Positions 62,338-64,000 of a stretch of 64,000 bases of DNA are shown in pieces; the first letter of the stretch is position 1; the number at the start of each line of letters is the position of its first letter. Below the pieces are notes generated by a model that made no database searches, was not told the origin of the DNA, and worked only from the letters and a program-made list of their open reading frames with translations. The translations under genes and the position numbers were made by a program. Source of the DNA: Antedon mediterranea (taxonomy: Eukaryota; Animalia; Echinodermata); NCBI RefSeq assembly GCF_964355755.1, contig NC_092672.1:2294001-2358000 (forward strand). The letters run 5' to 3'.

Positions 62338-63298
62338 CTAATCTTGAATGCGATACAGTAACCTTCCTTCGTTCTCTACTAGTGTCTCCATCGAACTTCC
62401 ACAGACTGATCTGCGTTCCCAGCAACCTTGTTCAGAAACAAATTGGCAAAATAACTGAAATACCTCATTTCACCGGCAATAATCTCTATAGGATTCTTCT
62501 TTTACTTTGATAAGTTTGTCACCTGTATTCACCGTCATATATATTTTTGGCCAATATTCGTCTTTTTCTTAGGATCCCATATAGACAGTTTTCCTTCTAT
62601 AAGATTTTTACCAATGCCTCAAACATTTTCTGTCCAATTTCATCATGCCATGGCCAACAAACACCTTTGTGCGAATTGCAGCATTCTTCATTAATCGGAA
62701 TATCATCTCTCTTTAAATGTTAACTAGGTTTGCCAGCTCTGATGAAATCATTAATTTGTGTTATTCCAATGATACCACGCTCAATGACCCTGATCAATTG
62801 ATGTAAATCCAGCAAGTCCCACACATACATGTCCTCTCATATACATATATAGGGATATAGTTTAACCACATCATTTAGATTTCGTCGACTCTCTGTATTC
62901 AAGTTAATATCTTTATGATCAGCCTCTTTCAAACAATATGATACTTAACTTAGAATCTCTTTCTCTGTCTGCATTTGTAGAAGAAAGTCGTAGAGAGAAA
63001 GCGGAATTAGTGTGCTTTTGTCCTTTAGAGATGTTTTCCATTTAAGATATTTGTGTCACTGGTTGTATAAGTAATACAAGTTCACAAAAGCACTTGCCTC
63101 AACACTATTTTCACAATGCTACATGTCCAAAAGCCATATAGTTCACCGGGTCGACATAATAATTGCTTTTTGATGTCATCTCTGTCCACCTCCACTCATC
63201 TCGGGCAAGAGTCATCACCAGGCATTCTCTTCTTTCCCTAGTACATGAGTTTTTATACCACAACCATGTGCACTCATCAATTGACCAGTGTATAATGC
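62338..63298 (-). pseudogene. Decayed intronless reading frame of unknown family
   Basis: One frame runs about 320 codons with scattered stops, e.g. EDMYVWDLLDLHQLIRVIERGIIGITQINDFIRAG and EECCNSHKGVCWPWHDEIGQKMFEALVKIL; GC-richer than its flanks. Confidence 0.4.
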
Positions 63299-64000
63299 TG
63301 GTCTGTCTGTAGGGGGTACATATCTAATGAAATTGGTTGAGATTGTAGAAGATGAGAAATAGGAGTTCATTCATTTACAAGGTTATTTATAGGCAGAGCT
63401 GTATCTGTATTTCCTTCAAGCTTCTGCCAAAAGTTGACAGGTTGAAAACTTACCAACCATACTGGTGACTATAGCCCTGAAGGTTCAGACATTGAATTAC
63501 ATTTTATTATTTACCATTATACAGGATTTCACAATAAGGTATAAATGCATATTATATTGTGGTCCTGTCTCCTGTCAAGTTTCAGTTTCATGAAAAGAAA
63601 TTAGATCTGTAATTTAGAATCTATATATAAATTATGGTTAATTGTGACATAGGCGAGCACAATGGAAAAACTTTGGAACAAATTTCTGCCTTGGATACCT
63701 ACCTGAACTATCTCAGGTGTAGGCCTACCGCAAAATGTAAAACAGTTCTCACTATTACGATATTGTTCCATATTTCTACCTTAGGAATATATTATAAAGA
63801 GTTTTAAAACAAAATTTCTGATTCATCGGTAGATTTTCAACTCAATTTCAATTGTACGCGGTCAAAGTAATTTCCGGGTTCACGATGAGTTCACAGGTTC
63901 ACCTTGCAACTACCTTGTTTCAGTTAAGTTGGTCGTTATAGTGGCTATAGCTATTTTAGTTTTTTGTTTATTTTAGGATCGGACCGCGCGTGTGAAGGTA

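Noticed and set aside
63130-63200. ABC-ATPase signature (MSGGGQR...WLLD) in the decayed frame
   Set aside because: Interrupted by stops and no Walker A upstream; the resemblance may be chance.

Overview
AT-rich, intron-containing animal DNA. Repeat content and gene families suggest a marine invertebrate deuterostome, probably an echinoderm (inference). Left half, all minus strand: exon 1 of an EFHD2/swiprosin-1 gene running off the left edge, a truncated tandem EFHD paralog, and a FHAD1 orthologue of at least 26 coding exons (1433 codons reconstructed with consistent splice phases). Right half, plus strand: two NLR genes (tandem DED-like + NACHT + LRR) inside a recent 8.5-10 kb segmental duplication. 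They share near-identical NACHT-LRR exons but carry unrelated N-terminal effector exons. Their LRRs are 177-bp near-identical modules whose ligand-facing codons are hypervariable, and in one strand motif these codons are all NNT. The locus also holds a foldback MULE-like element carrying four clustered NF-kB-type sites upstream of NLR-1, a Harbinger-like element next to the candidate NLR-2 promoter, a 57-bp satellite expanded from 1 to 24 copies in one duplicate, an orphan NLR 3' remnant, LINE fragments, a Deu/Nin-like SINE, a Penelope-type hammerhead motif and several MITE families. All gene models, alignments and family assignments were made by eye; no searches were run.
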